Position numbers and translations under genes: made by a program. The notes below the pieces were generated by a model. It was not told where the DNA came from. It made no database searches and worked only from the letters and a program-made list of their open reading frames with translations. This document shows positions 20,801 to 29,920 of a stretch of 64,000 nucleotides of DNA, piece by piece. The stretch comes from a virus. The number at the start of each line of letters is the position of its first letter. The first letter of the stretch is position 1. The stretch is from positions 22,404 to 86,403 of IMG/VR virus record IMGVR_UViG_3300027839_000001; one strand, written 5' to 3'.

Positions 20801-22371
20801 TAATAGAAGACGGCGGACTCTTATATGAGATAGATAGGTTCCTTACTCCAACCAGAAACAACAGGAAGGAATTAATAAGAGATGCATTCGACCAGATAGG
20901 ACTGGACCCAAAAAGCACAGATCCAATGCAGGATCAGATCAAGGAGATGTTCGAGAGGTATCTAGCTCAGACATCATCGAAGGTCGAGGAGCAAAAGAAT
21001 GTAGTAGATGGCCTTGAGATTATAATAAATGGACTACAGGAGAAGGTAGACAGGATTAAGGGTCCAGAAGAGACAAGGGGAATGCAGAAGAGAAAGAACG
21101 AGCTTCACGATGAACGACTAGCGATGCGGCAGAAGTTCGATAAAAGAGAAGAAATGGAAGGGTTCTTCAAGAGGAACCTTACAAGAACCGAAACGCTCGA
21201 TAGAATATCCAAGATCACTGATGAATCTGAGAAGCTAAAGAAGAACGTCGAAGACACGATGAAGCTAACTGGCGAAAGTGCTGAGATCTTCAAGGAAGAC
21301 GAAGACAGGCTAGAGAAAATGAGGAAGGCTATATCAGAGATACGCAAGCCTCAGCAGGAAAGGATTTCCACTGTAAAGAATTTCACTGCTAACGCACTCA
21401 AAGATCTCACTGAAATGAAGTTGAAGCTAGGTGAGATACAGGTAGCAAGGGAGAATGCACTGAGCGGTGCCGGTGGATTCAATCTGCCGTTACGCCAGAA
21501 TAATCAGAAGAGAGCCACGCTGGCGGCCTCAATCAAGAATGATGTCGAGATTTTCAAAGAGGCAATGGCGCAAAAGAACGATCCTAATGTCACCCTTGAG
21601 GAAAGAAGGGAAATAAGCGGAAGGATACAAGGTGTCCAAGTAGACATGACGAAAAACCTCGTAGACCTAAAGCAACTCGAACTCTCCAAGGTAGTAAGCA
21701 TTGCGAAGGCTGAGGCTGACATAGCGATCTCAAGAAAGAACTCTGCCGATGAGGCACTGCGTGCGCTAGGCGCACTATCAGATGAAGATAAGCTTAGAGT
21801 CGCAGCACAATCTGCTTTCTTTACTGAGAACCCAAACGCAAAGATAACCGCACTAGATAGGTTCAATGCCTCCAGTGAATCAAACAGTATGCTAGACAGA
21901 TTCTGGGGCACCAAGGGAGATCCATTATCTACCAATAATAAAGACCCGACCGTACAGGACCTGCTTGCCAAGGGATTCGGACAGGATCGTCAAACCGAGA
22001 GGGCGGCAGTTGCCCTTGAGCAGATGACCGGAGGCGAGTCACAGGCATCCATTACCAACACAGCACTTGAGTTAACCAGAAGGATAGCTGAAATGGCTGG
22101 CCTTGCAGTCGGAGATCAGGCATCAACAGGACTAGCCAGTTCATTCAATCCAGGCAAGGTAACCCAGAACAGCACCGGACAGATCAACCTTGCAGTTCCA
22201 ATACAGCTAAACGAAGGTGCGTTCGACATGTCACCAGTAGTTGAAGCGTTCGTACATGTTGCCGATATAGTAGTCAGGGATGAAATCCAGAGATCAGAGG
22301 CAGCTATAATGGCAGTGATAAACGCCAACAAGCTGAATGCAGACAGAGTCCCTGTTGCTCCAAGAGATTGA
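17869..22371 (+). CDS. tail tape measure protein
   Basis: 1500 aa, Ala-rich helical; TP901-type core (LLQSISRAGSV, GAQIGNAFKTI); hydrophobic mid-segment. Confidence 0.9.
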   Translation: MAEELRSNILIAGRTTGNLEGFRKIHTSLDSIKTKLEVLSGKEYEINLRIKGIDEIKKELAGLGALVDNKTAKQRARTTAAKASQQEGLRRPAGVIGASAKKVDVVSGKEGPELTHTSTDIINLRNVEKIRTITEKVIDGKKQIVKITAEENNLTDRAVQLEKKRSIQAEETRKARSATTASLRRMGDNARQMGFTAGTKTTTVDANTGQSGTSQKFWKTSRDAAGRLKAEILEVNTATNKYKKSVAEGTEAVRYLDGAQARVHKAEVSRINKILGLMDRKEAKVRAASAKALSTADLKARGRSAIESGFTAEPAKTTTDTLTGNVGESQRFFKSRRVGLAAWEVDIQKINTATNKFTTETLHGAAAAKFMGDSMASAAAKVALWTIATTAVFGMFRLIRQAADDMKELESNTVFLARVGKNLGSTWDEQIAGARTLTQDIIKMSAAIGGNATEAQRSAAVFLRAGQTRSQTLESVKASLLASKIAEIEVEDAANLLSSAYLQFNMSASDLLPTLDSLNTLSNTYRVTTDDLLQSISRAGSVISSHGGSLEELAGLTAVVAQETSRTGAQIGNAFKTIQSRMDRFDVRKNFFDKLGVSAVKFDGEAKGLLDTLLEMQFAMDRLTLSEKKEIEQQAGGIRQKNILIAALKNADAALIAHNRALTNEASSMVEFHSTTKTLSSALDRLQGSFTSLASSSSGMISTLAASMTEILIVITEVLNAGEGIPIQMVTVAAGIILAKNALILFAKSSWAASLGLAGLHTFTARLRAEYARLTMSTVAQTRAQMFMNSTAAAGKVAMLGLGTAIGTILSPTNLALIAGALLISQLGSIARAQTAYKEALEDEGIALEKSLSIHERRFKALQKTSGQIGLILNQLETLQAAGEADKFAEKLETLRKLAGSVNVKIEGEDLEAVALEAQNKLLEEQLTQKKKMDKANQVLLKQKKIELDTAKKEQWARQFFHDRRAHSVEKLKKDDQIIEDGGLLYEIDRFLTPTRNNRKELIRDAFDQIGLDPKSTDPMQDQIKEMFERYLAQTSSKVEEQKNVVDGLEIIINGLQEKVDRIKGPEETRGMQKRKNELHDERLAMRQKFDKREEMEGFFKRNLTRTETLDRISKITDESEKLKKNVEDTMKLTGESAEIFKEDEDRLEKMRKAISEIRKPQQERISTVKNFTANALKDLTEMKLKLGEIQVARENALSGAGGFNLPLRQNNQKRATLAASIKNDVEIFKEAMAQKNDPNVTLEERREISGRIQGVQVDMTKNLVDLKQLELSKVVSIAKAEADIAISRKNSADEALRALGALSDEDKLRVAAQSAFFTENPNAKITALDRFNASSESNSMLDRFWGTKGDPLSTNNKDPTVQDLLAKGFGQDRQTERAAVALEQMTGGESQASITNTALELTRRIAEMAGLAVGDQASTGLASSFNPGKVTQNSTGQINLAVPIQLNEGAFDMSPVVEAFVHVADIVVRDEIQRSEAAIMAVINANKLNADRVPVAPRD

Positions 22372-22404
22372 CCGCAAGGTAAATAATTTACACTGGAAAG
22401 AAAC

Positions 22405-23469
22405 ATGCCAGAAAATCCAGTAATACTTATACTTCAGTCAACGGCTGAAGATTACTTCTTCGCTGATGTAGACATGCCTATAATGTCTCGTCGGATTGAC
22501 AACGCACGCGCGTTGGATCAGGGGCACAGTAGAGTCAAGTACACCGTCACCTTCAGTGGGTTTTTCACAGGAAACACTCATGACGAGATCATAGAGAAGT
22601 ACATGGCACTTGAGAAGTCACTCAAGGTTAACGACCTACAGGTGTACTACTACGACGGCCAACGCGAACTTATGAACTACGTAACATGTTACCTTGACTC
22701 ACTCAACGAGCCAGGCGACTGGAAGCAGTACGACGGCACGTACGCTATCACACTGCACTACTTTGGTGACGTAACAGACAGCACGAGCCTCGGAATCCAG
22801 GCCCTGTACACATCGTCAGTTGGTACGTATTCATTTCTTCCTCCGCCAAACTGGTCGTCAACAAAGAAGCCAGTACGAAAGAACCCGTACCGCTCCCGAG
22901 TATCAGGGTACGGAAACCGGATATCGGATGACGTAGTAGTGACTCTAAGTGGATTCGTAGCAAGAGATAGCCACAGCGAACTCAAGGCTGAGGCAGAGCT
23001 AATGGATTCCATCTTTGCTGAAGATGGTCAGTTGGATTACGGAGAGTGGTCTGACACTGTCAGGATTGTAAGCAGAAATATACCAACTGTGTTCCCGGTA
23101 AATTATTTCAACTACTCAATCCAAATTGCATATAAGACAGAGGACATCCACTCTATCTCAAGCAAGCGAATCTACGGCATGGTTCACAAGAATCCGAAAA
23201 TCAAAGAGAGGTTTTACTGCGATGACATAGATGTCAAGGAGTACGGATCGTCAGGGCAAGAGGTCCAGTATGACGCATCAGTTTCCTCGAAGACAATAGA
23301 GCTTGCTCGCGAACTACTAGCTCAAGAGGTAATGCTACTCGTACATCCAGACGGAGTTCTACTGAAGGGCGGGACTGAGACTCAGGACGATGACGCCCTC
23401 AAGGTTTCCGTGTCCTTCAAGAGATACTACAAGACACCACCACTCGCAAACATCTACACGGAGATATAA
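22405..23469 (+). CDS. distal tail/baseplate-type protein
   Basis: 354 aa directly after the tape measure; repeated V-T-F/L-S-G-F strands. Confidence 0.5.
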   Translation: MPENPVILILQSTAEDYFFADVDMPIMSRRIDNARALDQGHSRVKYTVTFSGFFTGNTHDEIIEKYMALEKSLKVNDLQVYYYDGQRELMNYVTCYLDSLNEPGDWKQYDGTYAITLHYFGDVTDSTSLGIQALYTSSVGTYSFLPPPNWSSTKKPVRKNPYRSRVSGYGNRISDDVVVTLSGFVARDSHSELKAEAELMDSIFAEDGQLDYGEWSDTVRIVSRNIPTVFPVNYFNYSIQIAYKTEDIHSISSKRIYGMVHKNPKIKERFYCDDIDVKEYGSSGQEVQYDASVSSKTIELARELLAQEVMLLVHPDGVLLKGGTETQDDDALKVSVSFKRYYKTPPLANIYTEI

Positions 23470-23474
23470 CCTAA

Positions 23475-23918
23475 ATGGCCGACCCATACTTCCAGATGTT
23501 CGATAGTGGAGACACTGAGATTTCCAGTGGAAACCCTGTATCTTTCGGACTGGCACAAAAGGGAACAATCAGTTCTACCGTAACGGTAGCCATGTGGAAT
23601 GACAGGAACGGCACGTTGTCATCAGACTCAGCGGCAGCACCAATAGTGTCTGCCGTGAATTCAACCGACGACTTGTCCATTATCTTCAGTGGCACCACTC
23701 GCAATGGATTCGTGTCAATGCTTGAAGCTAGAAGCTGTACGGCAACAAATGCAGTAGCGGACGCAGGCTGTGCGTGGGTTCCGATTAGTCCCACTGAGTT
23801 CCTAACGCTTGGCGTAATGCCCTCCAACTCAAGCAGGGGCATAGAGCTAAGGCTTAACATTCCATCAGACGCTGACTCACTAGCATTGACATCGTTCACA
23901 CTAATGGTTCAAGCATAA
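23475..23918 (+). CDS. virion structural protein
   Basis: 147-aa beta-rich ORF in the tail region. Confidence 0.55.
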   Translation: MADPYFQMFDSGDTEISSGNPVSFGLAQKGTISSTVTVAMWNDRNGTLSSDSAAAPIVSAVNSTDDLSIIFSGTTRNGFVSMLEARSCTATNAVADAGCAWVPISPTEFLTLGVMPSNSSRGIELRLNIPSDADSLALTSFTLMVQA

Positions 23919-24520
23919 TGCCAACCCTGACGCTAACAGCACTTGAAACCACCGTCGAGATCGGCGGCATATCTCCACCGTTCTATGATAATGCAGACGC
24001 AGGAATCATAGACTACGGTGCTGGGATCGAAGCTACGTTCGATGCCGAGGCAGGTATTCTCGCATCCACTGAGTTCGATGCTGAAGTCGGAATAGAAGAG
24101 ATTACTTTTGCTCCACCTACCTCAGTGCTTGCAGTGCACATAGCTCACGGTCAGGTGATGGTCGTATGGGACGAGCCTGCTGAACCTACCCTAGTAAGGA
24201 GATACGAAGTCTTCGCAAAGATCAGCACCAGAACTAACTACTCCATGATCAATCACAGAGTTAGGGGCAATCAATGCATACTCAGGCTACCGATGGGTGC
24301 GTCGTACAACATCAGAGTGAGGGCTGTATACAGGACGGGAGACAAGAGTGTGTTTGCGACATCGAAGCTAGGAGAGATTACTATGCCGGAAGACGTAGTG
24401 ATGAACGTAACTGCAATATCAGGCTCGACGATTCCAGCAGGTGCAGTATTCTCGGTGAGCAATAGAAACCTGGGTGTCTCGATGGCATTTCAGGCAGTCA
24501 ACGCAATTGATATATCTTAG
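23918..24520 (+). CDS. tail protein with fibronectin type III-like domain
   Basis: VMVVWDEP..RYEV..GASYNIRVRAV..S FN3 signature. Confidence 0.65.
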   Translation: MPTLTLTALETTVEIGGISPPFYDNADAGIIDYGAGIEATFDAEAGILASTEFDAEVGIEEITFAPPTSVLAVHIAHGQVMVVWDEPAEPTLVRRYEVFAKISTRTNYSMINHRVRGNQCILRLPMGASYNIRVRAVYRTGDKSVFATSKLGEITMPEDVVMNVTAISGSTIPAGAVFSVSNRNLGVSMAFQAVNAIDIS

Positions 24521-24538
24521 GTTTACACTGGAAATAAA

Positions 24539-25255
24539 ATGGCTAACTTATTCATAGACTACTACGGAAAAGACTTGGTCGTAGGTTGCTGCACTAACCT
24601 CATCTATGCAGTCGTCTACAATCAAAGTAGTTCCTCACTTAAGGAGGTGACACCATCTGCTTGGTCGCTCCAGGCTTACCTTGACTCTGCGCATGACGAC
24701 CACGCATTGCTACTGACAGAACATTCCGAGAGAAGCAAGTACTACTTGCTGAATCTAGATGAGGCACAGTTTACGCTGGCAGATACCCCTGACGGTGAAG
24801 AGTACACCATAGAGATATGGAAGTCAGACACGGTCGCACCATACGTCAGGGCAGACGACACCCTGCTTGAGACACAGAAGTTCACTTGGCACGGACAGGA
24901 GAGAGGACTAAGAATCCTTCCGCTACAGCAAACAGCTATTTCAGGCATACAGTCACACATAGCAATGAGCTATGACTCCGACACTCAGACGATCTACTAT
25001 CTCGCTTGGTTAGAAAAAGCAGGGATAATGATAACCGATACAACGAACTGCAACGTAAAGTGGAGAGACAGGACGGGATCTCTAGTAACAAACATTAATC
25101 AGAGCACGCACCTCACCGATGAGCCTGGGGTGTTCTCTTTCGTCCAGTCCCCGATCACTCCGAACGCAGATGAAACAACGGTAGTAATCTGTAGCATAAC
25201 AGATGCCGATAGTAATGTGTATAGCACGACTCACTCAGTTGTAACGTGGGATTAG
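24539..25255 (+). CDS. tail-region structural protein
   Basis: 238-aa ORF with palindromes immediately before and after. Confidence 0.6.
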   Translation: MANLFIDYYGKDLVVGCCTNLIYAVVYNQSSSSLKEVTPSAWSLQAYLDSAHDDHALLLTEHSERSKYYLLNLDEAQFTLADTPDGEEYTIEIWKSDTVAPYVRADDTLLETQKFTWHGQERGLRILPLQQTAISGIQSHIAMSYDSDTQTIYYLAWLEKAGIMITDTTNCNVKWRDRTGSLVTNINQSTHLTDEPGVFSFVQSPITPNADETTVVICSITDADSNVYSTTHSVVTWD

Positions 25256-25280
25256 TTTCCACTGTAAAGGGAGAAGCCAA

Positions 25281-26177
25281 ATGGCTAACGGCCAGTACAA
25301 TAATTTCAATCACCGGGTATACAATGGCGACCTTGACTTTCAAGGTGCCGTGGTTTTACATGCCGTACTCCTTAGGTCTACCGGGGCGTACACATTCGAC
25401 CCAGATCACGACACGATGAGTCAGATCTTGGCTACTGGTGTGGAGATCACAGTAGCATCGTATGCCCGCGTTGCACTGTCAACCAAGGCAGTCACACTCG
25501 ACGACTCGAACGACAGGACGAAGGTGTCTTGTGACAACATCTCGTTCGGCAGCCTTGAGTCTGGACAGACGGTAGATCAGGTAGTCATCATGGAGTTCGT
25601 CACCGACGACACCGATCACATCCCGTTGTTATACTTCGATGGCACCATTGACGTAACGGCATGCTCCCCAGTGGCAGCACCGCTCTCCGGCAGTGTATCT
25701 GGAGCTACTGCTGCAAACCCAGTAGTCATCACAGCCACCGCCCACGGCATGGCAGACGGCGACCGAGTTCGACTCACTGGACTCGGTGGTATGACTGAGG
25801 TTAATGATCGAATCTTTACAGTGGCAAATCAAGCCACTAATACTTTCGAGCTTTCCGGTGAGGACGGGACTTCGCACACTGCCTATACGTCAAGTGGTAC
25901 ATGGAGGCAAGCCAAGACCGTGTACATCGAGAAGCTTCTCGAAACAGTTCCTGCTGACACGGCGCTTGACTTCGGTGGTGGTGCAACGTGCAACCTCGGT
26001 GCAGAGGTAGCAGCGGGTGCGTACTCCCTTGAAGTGTACGATCTTGGTGCAGCCATCGATTCCCGAGACGTATCATCTGATGTCGTAACGGCCCTTGCAT
26101 TTCCAGCCGCACTGGGTGGCGGTGCATTCAACTTAAACATTCCCACTGATGGATTGCTTAACATACAAAGTAAGTAA
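25281..26177 (+). CDS. tail protein with FCCH-like beta-barrel insert
   Basis: ANPVVITATAHGMADGDRVRLTGLGGMTEVNDRIFTV..NTFEL, a motif common in phage tail proteins. Confidence 0.65.
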   Translation: MANGQYNNFNHRVYNGDLDFQGAVVLHAVLLRSTGAYTFDPDHDTMSQILATGVEITVASYARVALSTKAVTLDDSNDRTKVSCDNISFGSLESGQTVDQVVIMEFVTDDTDHIPLLYFDGTIDVTACSPVAAPLSGSVSGATAANPVVITATAHGMADGDRVRLTGLGGMTEVNDRIFTVANQATNTFELSGEDGTSHTAYTSSGTWRQAKTVYIEKLLETVPADTALDFGGGATCNLGAEVAAGAYSLEVYDLGAAIDSRDVSSDVVTALAFPAALGGGAFNLNIPTDGLLNIQSK

Positions 26178-26202
26178 CTGACAGACTAACCGGAGAGCAC
26201 TC

Positions 26203-26457
26203 ATGCCAAGTAACGAAAAAGCACAACTAACACTACATATCGCGCAGCTCGAAGGTCGCTTGATAAACATCAAAGACAAGACGCCGGAATCTTTCGCTAG
26301 CAACAGGACCATCGCTAAGGCACGGTGTGCAGCAAGGCTTTCCGACATTGCCCGTCAAGAATCCCTAGTGTCAACTGAACTCGCAGCAGCAGAGGCTAAC
26401 CTTGCCACTGCCACGGAAAAGATGGTAGCACTCGACGCGGCAGAAGCCGCTGAGTAA
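26203..26457 (+). CDS. small coiled-coil protein
   Basis: 84 aa; GGAG RBS. Confidence 0.6.
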   Translation: MPSNEKAQLTLHIAQLEGRLINIKDKTPESFASNRTIAKARCAARLSDIARQESLVSTELAAAEANLATATEKMVALDAAEAAE

Positions 26458-26488
26458 CCCACGATTTACAGTGGAAATAAAATGCTTG
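26449..26488 (+). repeat. 40-bp direct repeat, copy 1
   Basis: GCTGAGTAACCCACGATTTACAGTGGAAATAAAATGCTTG; 39/40 identical to 28100-28139. Confidence 0.95.
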
Positions 26489-26747
26489 GTGAACGCCCAC
26501 CTGAATGGTTCATGGGAGACGGATGAACGCTGGCACCTGACTGGTTGATTTGGGACCTGTCAGAATCATGCAGGTGGCATGACTGGGCGCACCTCAATGC
26601 GAGAGACGATGAAGACAGGCCATTATCCACGTAACGGGTGGCTTCACAGCAGGTAGGGTCATTGCAGAAATCTACTACTTCGCCGTTCGAGTGTTCGGCG
26701 GGTTATTTTACAGAAGGCATGTCAAATGGGAATCATGGCAAACATAA
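26482..26747 (+). pseudogene. disrupted prokaryotic phospholipase A2-like (DG-C..PD..C..HD..YY.AVR.FG) gene
   Basis: MLGERPPEWFMGDG*TLAPDWLIWDLSESCRWHDWAH.. then a frame change to ..AEIYYFAVRVFGGLFY..*; TGA at 26524 and frameshift near 26619. Confidence 0.6.
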
Positions 26748-26772
26748 TCGACACGTACGAAGAGGTGTTTTG

Positions 26773-28104
26773 ATGTTTTGGTACGTCGGGCCACTCGCCT
26801 ACACCGAGGAGCCAATTGCATCCGAAGAGATCGCGACGATGCGAGCCAAGACGGTGCGCGGAAGTAATCCGCCCCGTAAGCAACTCGGGCCGAACGAACT
26901 GCCCCCGCCTCAATACGCATGGACAATGCCAGCACGACTTAGCACGCGAGGAGGTCGAATGCTCGACCTTCGCCCGTTCGGATCTATGGCTAACACCAAC
27001 GACAGCGGCGGCGAGAATCATTTCGCTATCGTGGCTACCGACAGCCGACCGGGTACGACGCCCGACGGCTGGACTTATTTAGGCGGCGGAAATCCCGGCG
27101 ATGTCACGCTCGACACGCAACAGCGCCAGCGAATCGGAACCGGCGCGGGTATCACTATCGAGTCGAACAGTCTATCCGGCGCGATCCATGAGGCGTTCGT
27201 TTACAAAGCCGACCCAGAGGGGCTTACCGGCCCCAAGCCGGTGATGCCCTCTCGACACAGCCGCGTGACCTTTCGCGGATTAGGCCGACATCGGAGTCTG
27301 TTTGTTCCGATTGAATGGAACCGGCCCGAGTTCAAGCCATACCTCGACCACATACGCAAGGAATACAAGCACCGACTCGACGGATCTCAAGACGATGTCA
27401 AGCACCGGATGTGGATCGCTCAATTCCTCGACAACCACGGCATCAACCGAGCCGAGTTCCGAAACTTCCAAGATCCGACCACGCCGCCCGAGTCGCCGTT
27501 GGACCCACAGACGCCAATTACGGAATCATTCCCCGGCACATCCGGCACTCTCGGCGGCGACCTCACTTGGTACGAATACGACAGCAACTTTCAGAACGTC
27601 GGCGGGGTCGGGTTCAAGTCGAGCAGCGCCCACGGGACGGCTCGCGTCGAGCAGGATATGAGCGGCGGCGACGTGTGGGTACAGAACGCCATCAATGGCG
27701 GGCAAAATGGGTGGTTTGGCTGCGCTGTTCGGTTCGCGTCGGACGCGGAGACGTGCTATTGGTCATACACCCGAGGCGGAAGTGCGGGCAATAAGCACGC
27801 TCGGATAACCAAGCGAGTCGCCGGAACGGATTCGACGCTAACGGATGTCATCGGTTCCGCGTTTCCTAATAGCGATTACAATGAACGCCTTGAGATAATC
27901 GGCAGCAATCTAGAATTGCTCGCCAACGACGAAACAACTAGCCACCTCACCGTGACCGATTCGTCTCTCAGTTCAGCCAACGTCCGCGTTGGAGTCAGCG
28001 GGCGAGACAGCGGTGGGGACGCATTTGCGTACGACTTCCAGGCCGATGTGTTTGCGGCTGCTGGCAACGTCGTCGGAATGGTTACAGCAGCCTACATGAG
28101 CTGA
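26773..28104 (+). CDS. tail-associated protein with C-terminal beta-sandwich (lectin-like) domain
   Basis: GAGGTG RBS before ATG 26773; GC/CpG-richer than flanks; Gly/Ser/aromatic beta-rich C-terminus. Confidence 0.55.
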   Translation: MFWYVGPLAYTEEPIASEEIATMRAKTVRGSNPPRKQLGPNELPPPQYAWTMPARLSTRGGRMLDLRPFGSMANTNDSGGENHFAIVATDSRPGTTPDGWTYLGGGNPGDVTLDTQQRQRIGTGAGITIESNSLSGAIHEAFVYKADPEGLTGPKPVMPSRHSRVTFRGLGRHRSLFVPIEWNRPEFKPYLDHIRKEYKHRLDGSQDDVKHRMWIAQFLDNHGINRAEFRNFQDPTTPPESPLDPQTPITESFPGTSGTLGGDLTWYEYDSNFQNVGGVGFKSSSAHGTARVEQDMSGGDVWVQNAINGGQNGWFGCAVRFASDAETCYWSYTRGGSAGNKHARITKRVAGTDSTLTDVIGSAFPNSDYNERLEIIGSNLELLANDETTSHLTVTDSSLSSANVRVGVSGRDSGGDAFAYDFQADVFAAAGNVVGMVTAAYMS

Positions 28105-28139
28105 GTAACCAACGATTTACAGTGGAAATAAAATGCTTG
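28100..28139 (+). repeat. 40-bp direct repeat, copy 2
   Basis: GCTGAGTAACCAACGATTTACAGTGGAAATAAAATGCTTG. Confidence 0.95.
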
Positions 28140-28152
28140 AGGGAGATAAATA

Positions 28153-29871
28153 ATGCACTACGTCGTCAAAAAAGGCACCACCAATTTCAGCGTCGAGTTG
28201 TATATCATCGACAACACCGACGGAACGCCCGAATTGGGAGTCGTCTTCGATACGAGCGGCATTGATCTCAATTATCGCCGAGAGGGTTCGGCCCTCGTGA
28301 CGGTCACAGAAGCGACGCTCGCCGCGCTGACAACAGCGCATTCCGACGGCGGATTCAAAGAGATCGGCAACGGGCGCTATCGGTTCGATCTTCCCGACGC
28401 CGCATTCGCCACCGGAAAACAAAACGTCACAATCGGCGGCACGATAACGGGCATGATCGTCATGCCCGTGTTGTGTCAATTGGTGGACTACGACCCCGAG
28501 GACAGCGTACGGCTCGGACTTACGGCGCTACCCAACGCGGCGGCAGAAGCATCTGGTGGACTCTACACGCAAGGCAGTGGTTCGGGTCAAATAGCCCAAG
28601 ATTCAAGCGGTAGAATCAATACTAATTTAGTTGCAATCAGTAGCTCGACATCCTACGTTAGCACGCTAAACACCGCGTTAGCCGACTATTATAGTTACGG
28701 CTATTTTAACGCAAACGTCTACGCAATCAATACCTCAGCGTCATACGTTTCGACAATGGATTCGTTCTTCTCTGACTACATGAGTAACGGATATGTGACG
28801 GCGAACGTCGCGTATATCTCTGGCTCGGCGTCATACGTGAGCTACCTAGATACGATATGTAGCGACTACTCAAGCGGCTATTTAAATGCGAACGTCGCGT
28901 ATATCAATGGCTCGGCGTCATACGTGAGCTACCTAGATACGATATGTAGCGACTACTCAAGCGGCTATTTAAATGCGAACGTCGCCGCGATCAGCAGTAA
29001 CACGGGTAACGTAAGCAGCTTCGATACCGCTTGTGGCGACTATTCAACTTATGGATTCAATGCGAACACCAACTACATTGAAAGCTCCGACGCGACCGAC
29101 CAGATCGGTGATGCAGTCTGGGACGAAGAAGTTACGACAGGCCACACCACAGCAGACAGTGCGGGCAAGAAGCTAAACGACGCGAGCGCAGCGGGCGACC
29201 CCTGGAGTACGACGCTAGGCGGATACGGAGCGGGAACGGCGGGGTATATCCTATACACAAACCTTGATGCACCAGTTTCCACTGTTGATACCGTGGTTGA
29301 TGGTATTGCTACAACCCTGGGAACTGCCGGTGCTGGTCTTATGGACCTGGGTGGCATGTCTACAGCCATGAAGGCCGAAGTAAACACAGAGGCCGACGTT
29401 GCATTGTCAGACATCGGATTAAACTATCTTGTTGCTGCTGACGCAATCGTGGGCGCTTACGATCCTGTCGATGGGTCAGTCTTCACTCAGATCGTATCGA
29501 AGTCAGTGAGTCCATCCTGGGGCGACTTCTCTCCGTTGTACCAGTCATTAGAGGCGGTTGGTGACGTTACGAGTGCATTAGGTGTGACGGCGGCAGGCAG
29601 GCTAAAGGAGTCTGCGAGTCAGATCATCCTCGGTGTCGTCGACACGGTGGTGAACACGCACACGCCTACGACTACCGTGCTTCAGGCAGACGATATCACT
29701 GAGGCAACTGCTGATCACTTCGTAGACAGGGTTATCATATTCACAACTGGTGTTCTGGCAGGGCAGCAGGCAGTCATAACCGGATACTCACTAGTCGGCG
29801 GTATCGGTCAGTTCACCGTAGCTGTAATGACTGACGCACCTGCTAACGATGATGAATTCATAATAGTATAG
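28153..29871 (+). CDS. tail fibre-like protein with internal ~29-aa repeats
   Basis: N-terminal GGFKEIGNGRYRFDLPDAAFATG, central ANVAYI.GSASYVSYLDTICSDYSSGYLN repeats, IGDAVWDE motif. Confidence 0.65.
   Translation: MHYVVKKGTTNFSVELYIIDNTDGTPELGVVFDTSGIDLNYRREGSALVTVTEATLAALTTAHSDGGFKEIGNGRYRFDLPDAAFATGKQNVTIGGTITGMIVMPVLCQLVDYDPEDSVRLGLTALPNAAAEASGGLYTQGSGSGQIAQDSSGRINTNLVAISSSTSYVSTLNTALADYYSYGYFNANVYAINTSASYVSTMDSFFSDYMSNGYVTANVAYISGSASYVSYLDTICSDYSSGYLNANVAYINGSASYVSYLDTICSDYSSGYLNANVAAISSNTGNVSSFDTACGDYSTYGFNANTNYIESSDATDQIGDAVWDEEVTTGHTTADSAGKKLNDASAAGDPWSTTLGGYGAGTAGYILYTNLDAPVSTVDTVVDGIATTLGTAGAGLMDLGGMSTAMKAEVNTEADVALSDIGLNYLVAADAIVGAYDPVDGSVFTQIVSKSVSPSWGDFSPLYQSLEAVGDVTSALGVTAAGRLKESASQIILGVVDTVVNTHTPTTTVLQADDITEATADHFVDRVIIFTTGVLAGQQAVITGYSLVGGIGQFTVAVMTDAPANDDEFIIV
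28801..28985 (+). repeat. 87-bp tandem repeat (2 near-identical copies)
   Basis: 28801-28887 and 28888-28974 differ only at one codon (TCT vs AAT). Confidence 0.9.
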
Positions 29872-29920
29872 CCTGCGCAGGCGAAAGGTGTCCGCATTTC
29901 TTTCCACTGGAAATTAGAGT

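Noticed and set aside
17787-21971. Long antisense ORFs opposite the tape measure and other genes
   Set aside because: Shadow frames of strongly coding genes, without RBS or motifs
26524-26526. Selenocysteine or genome-wide TGA recoding
   Set aside because: The same ORF is also frameshifted, and TGA is used as a normal stop elsewhere (3943, 13396, 22371, 36526), including ATGA overlaps
26638-26772. N-terminal extension of the 488-aa ORF
   Set aside because: It overlaps the pseudogene remnant; the RBS supports a start at 26773
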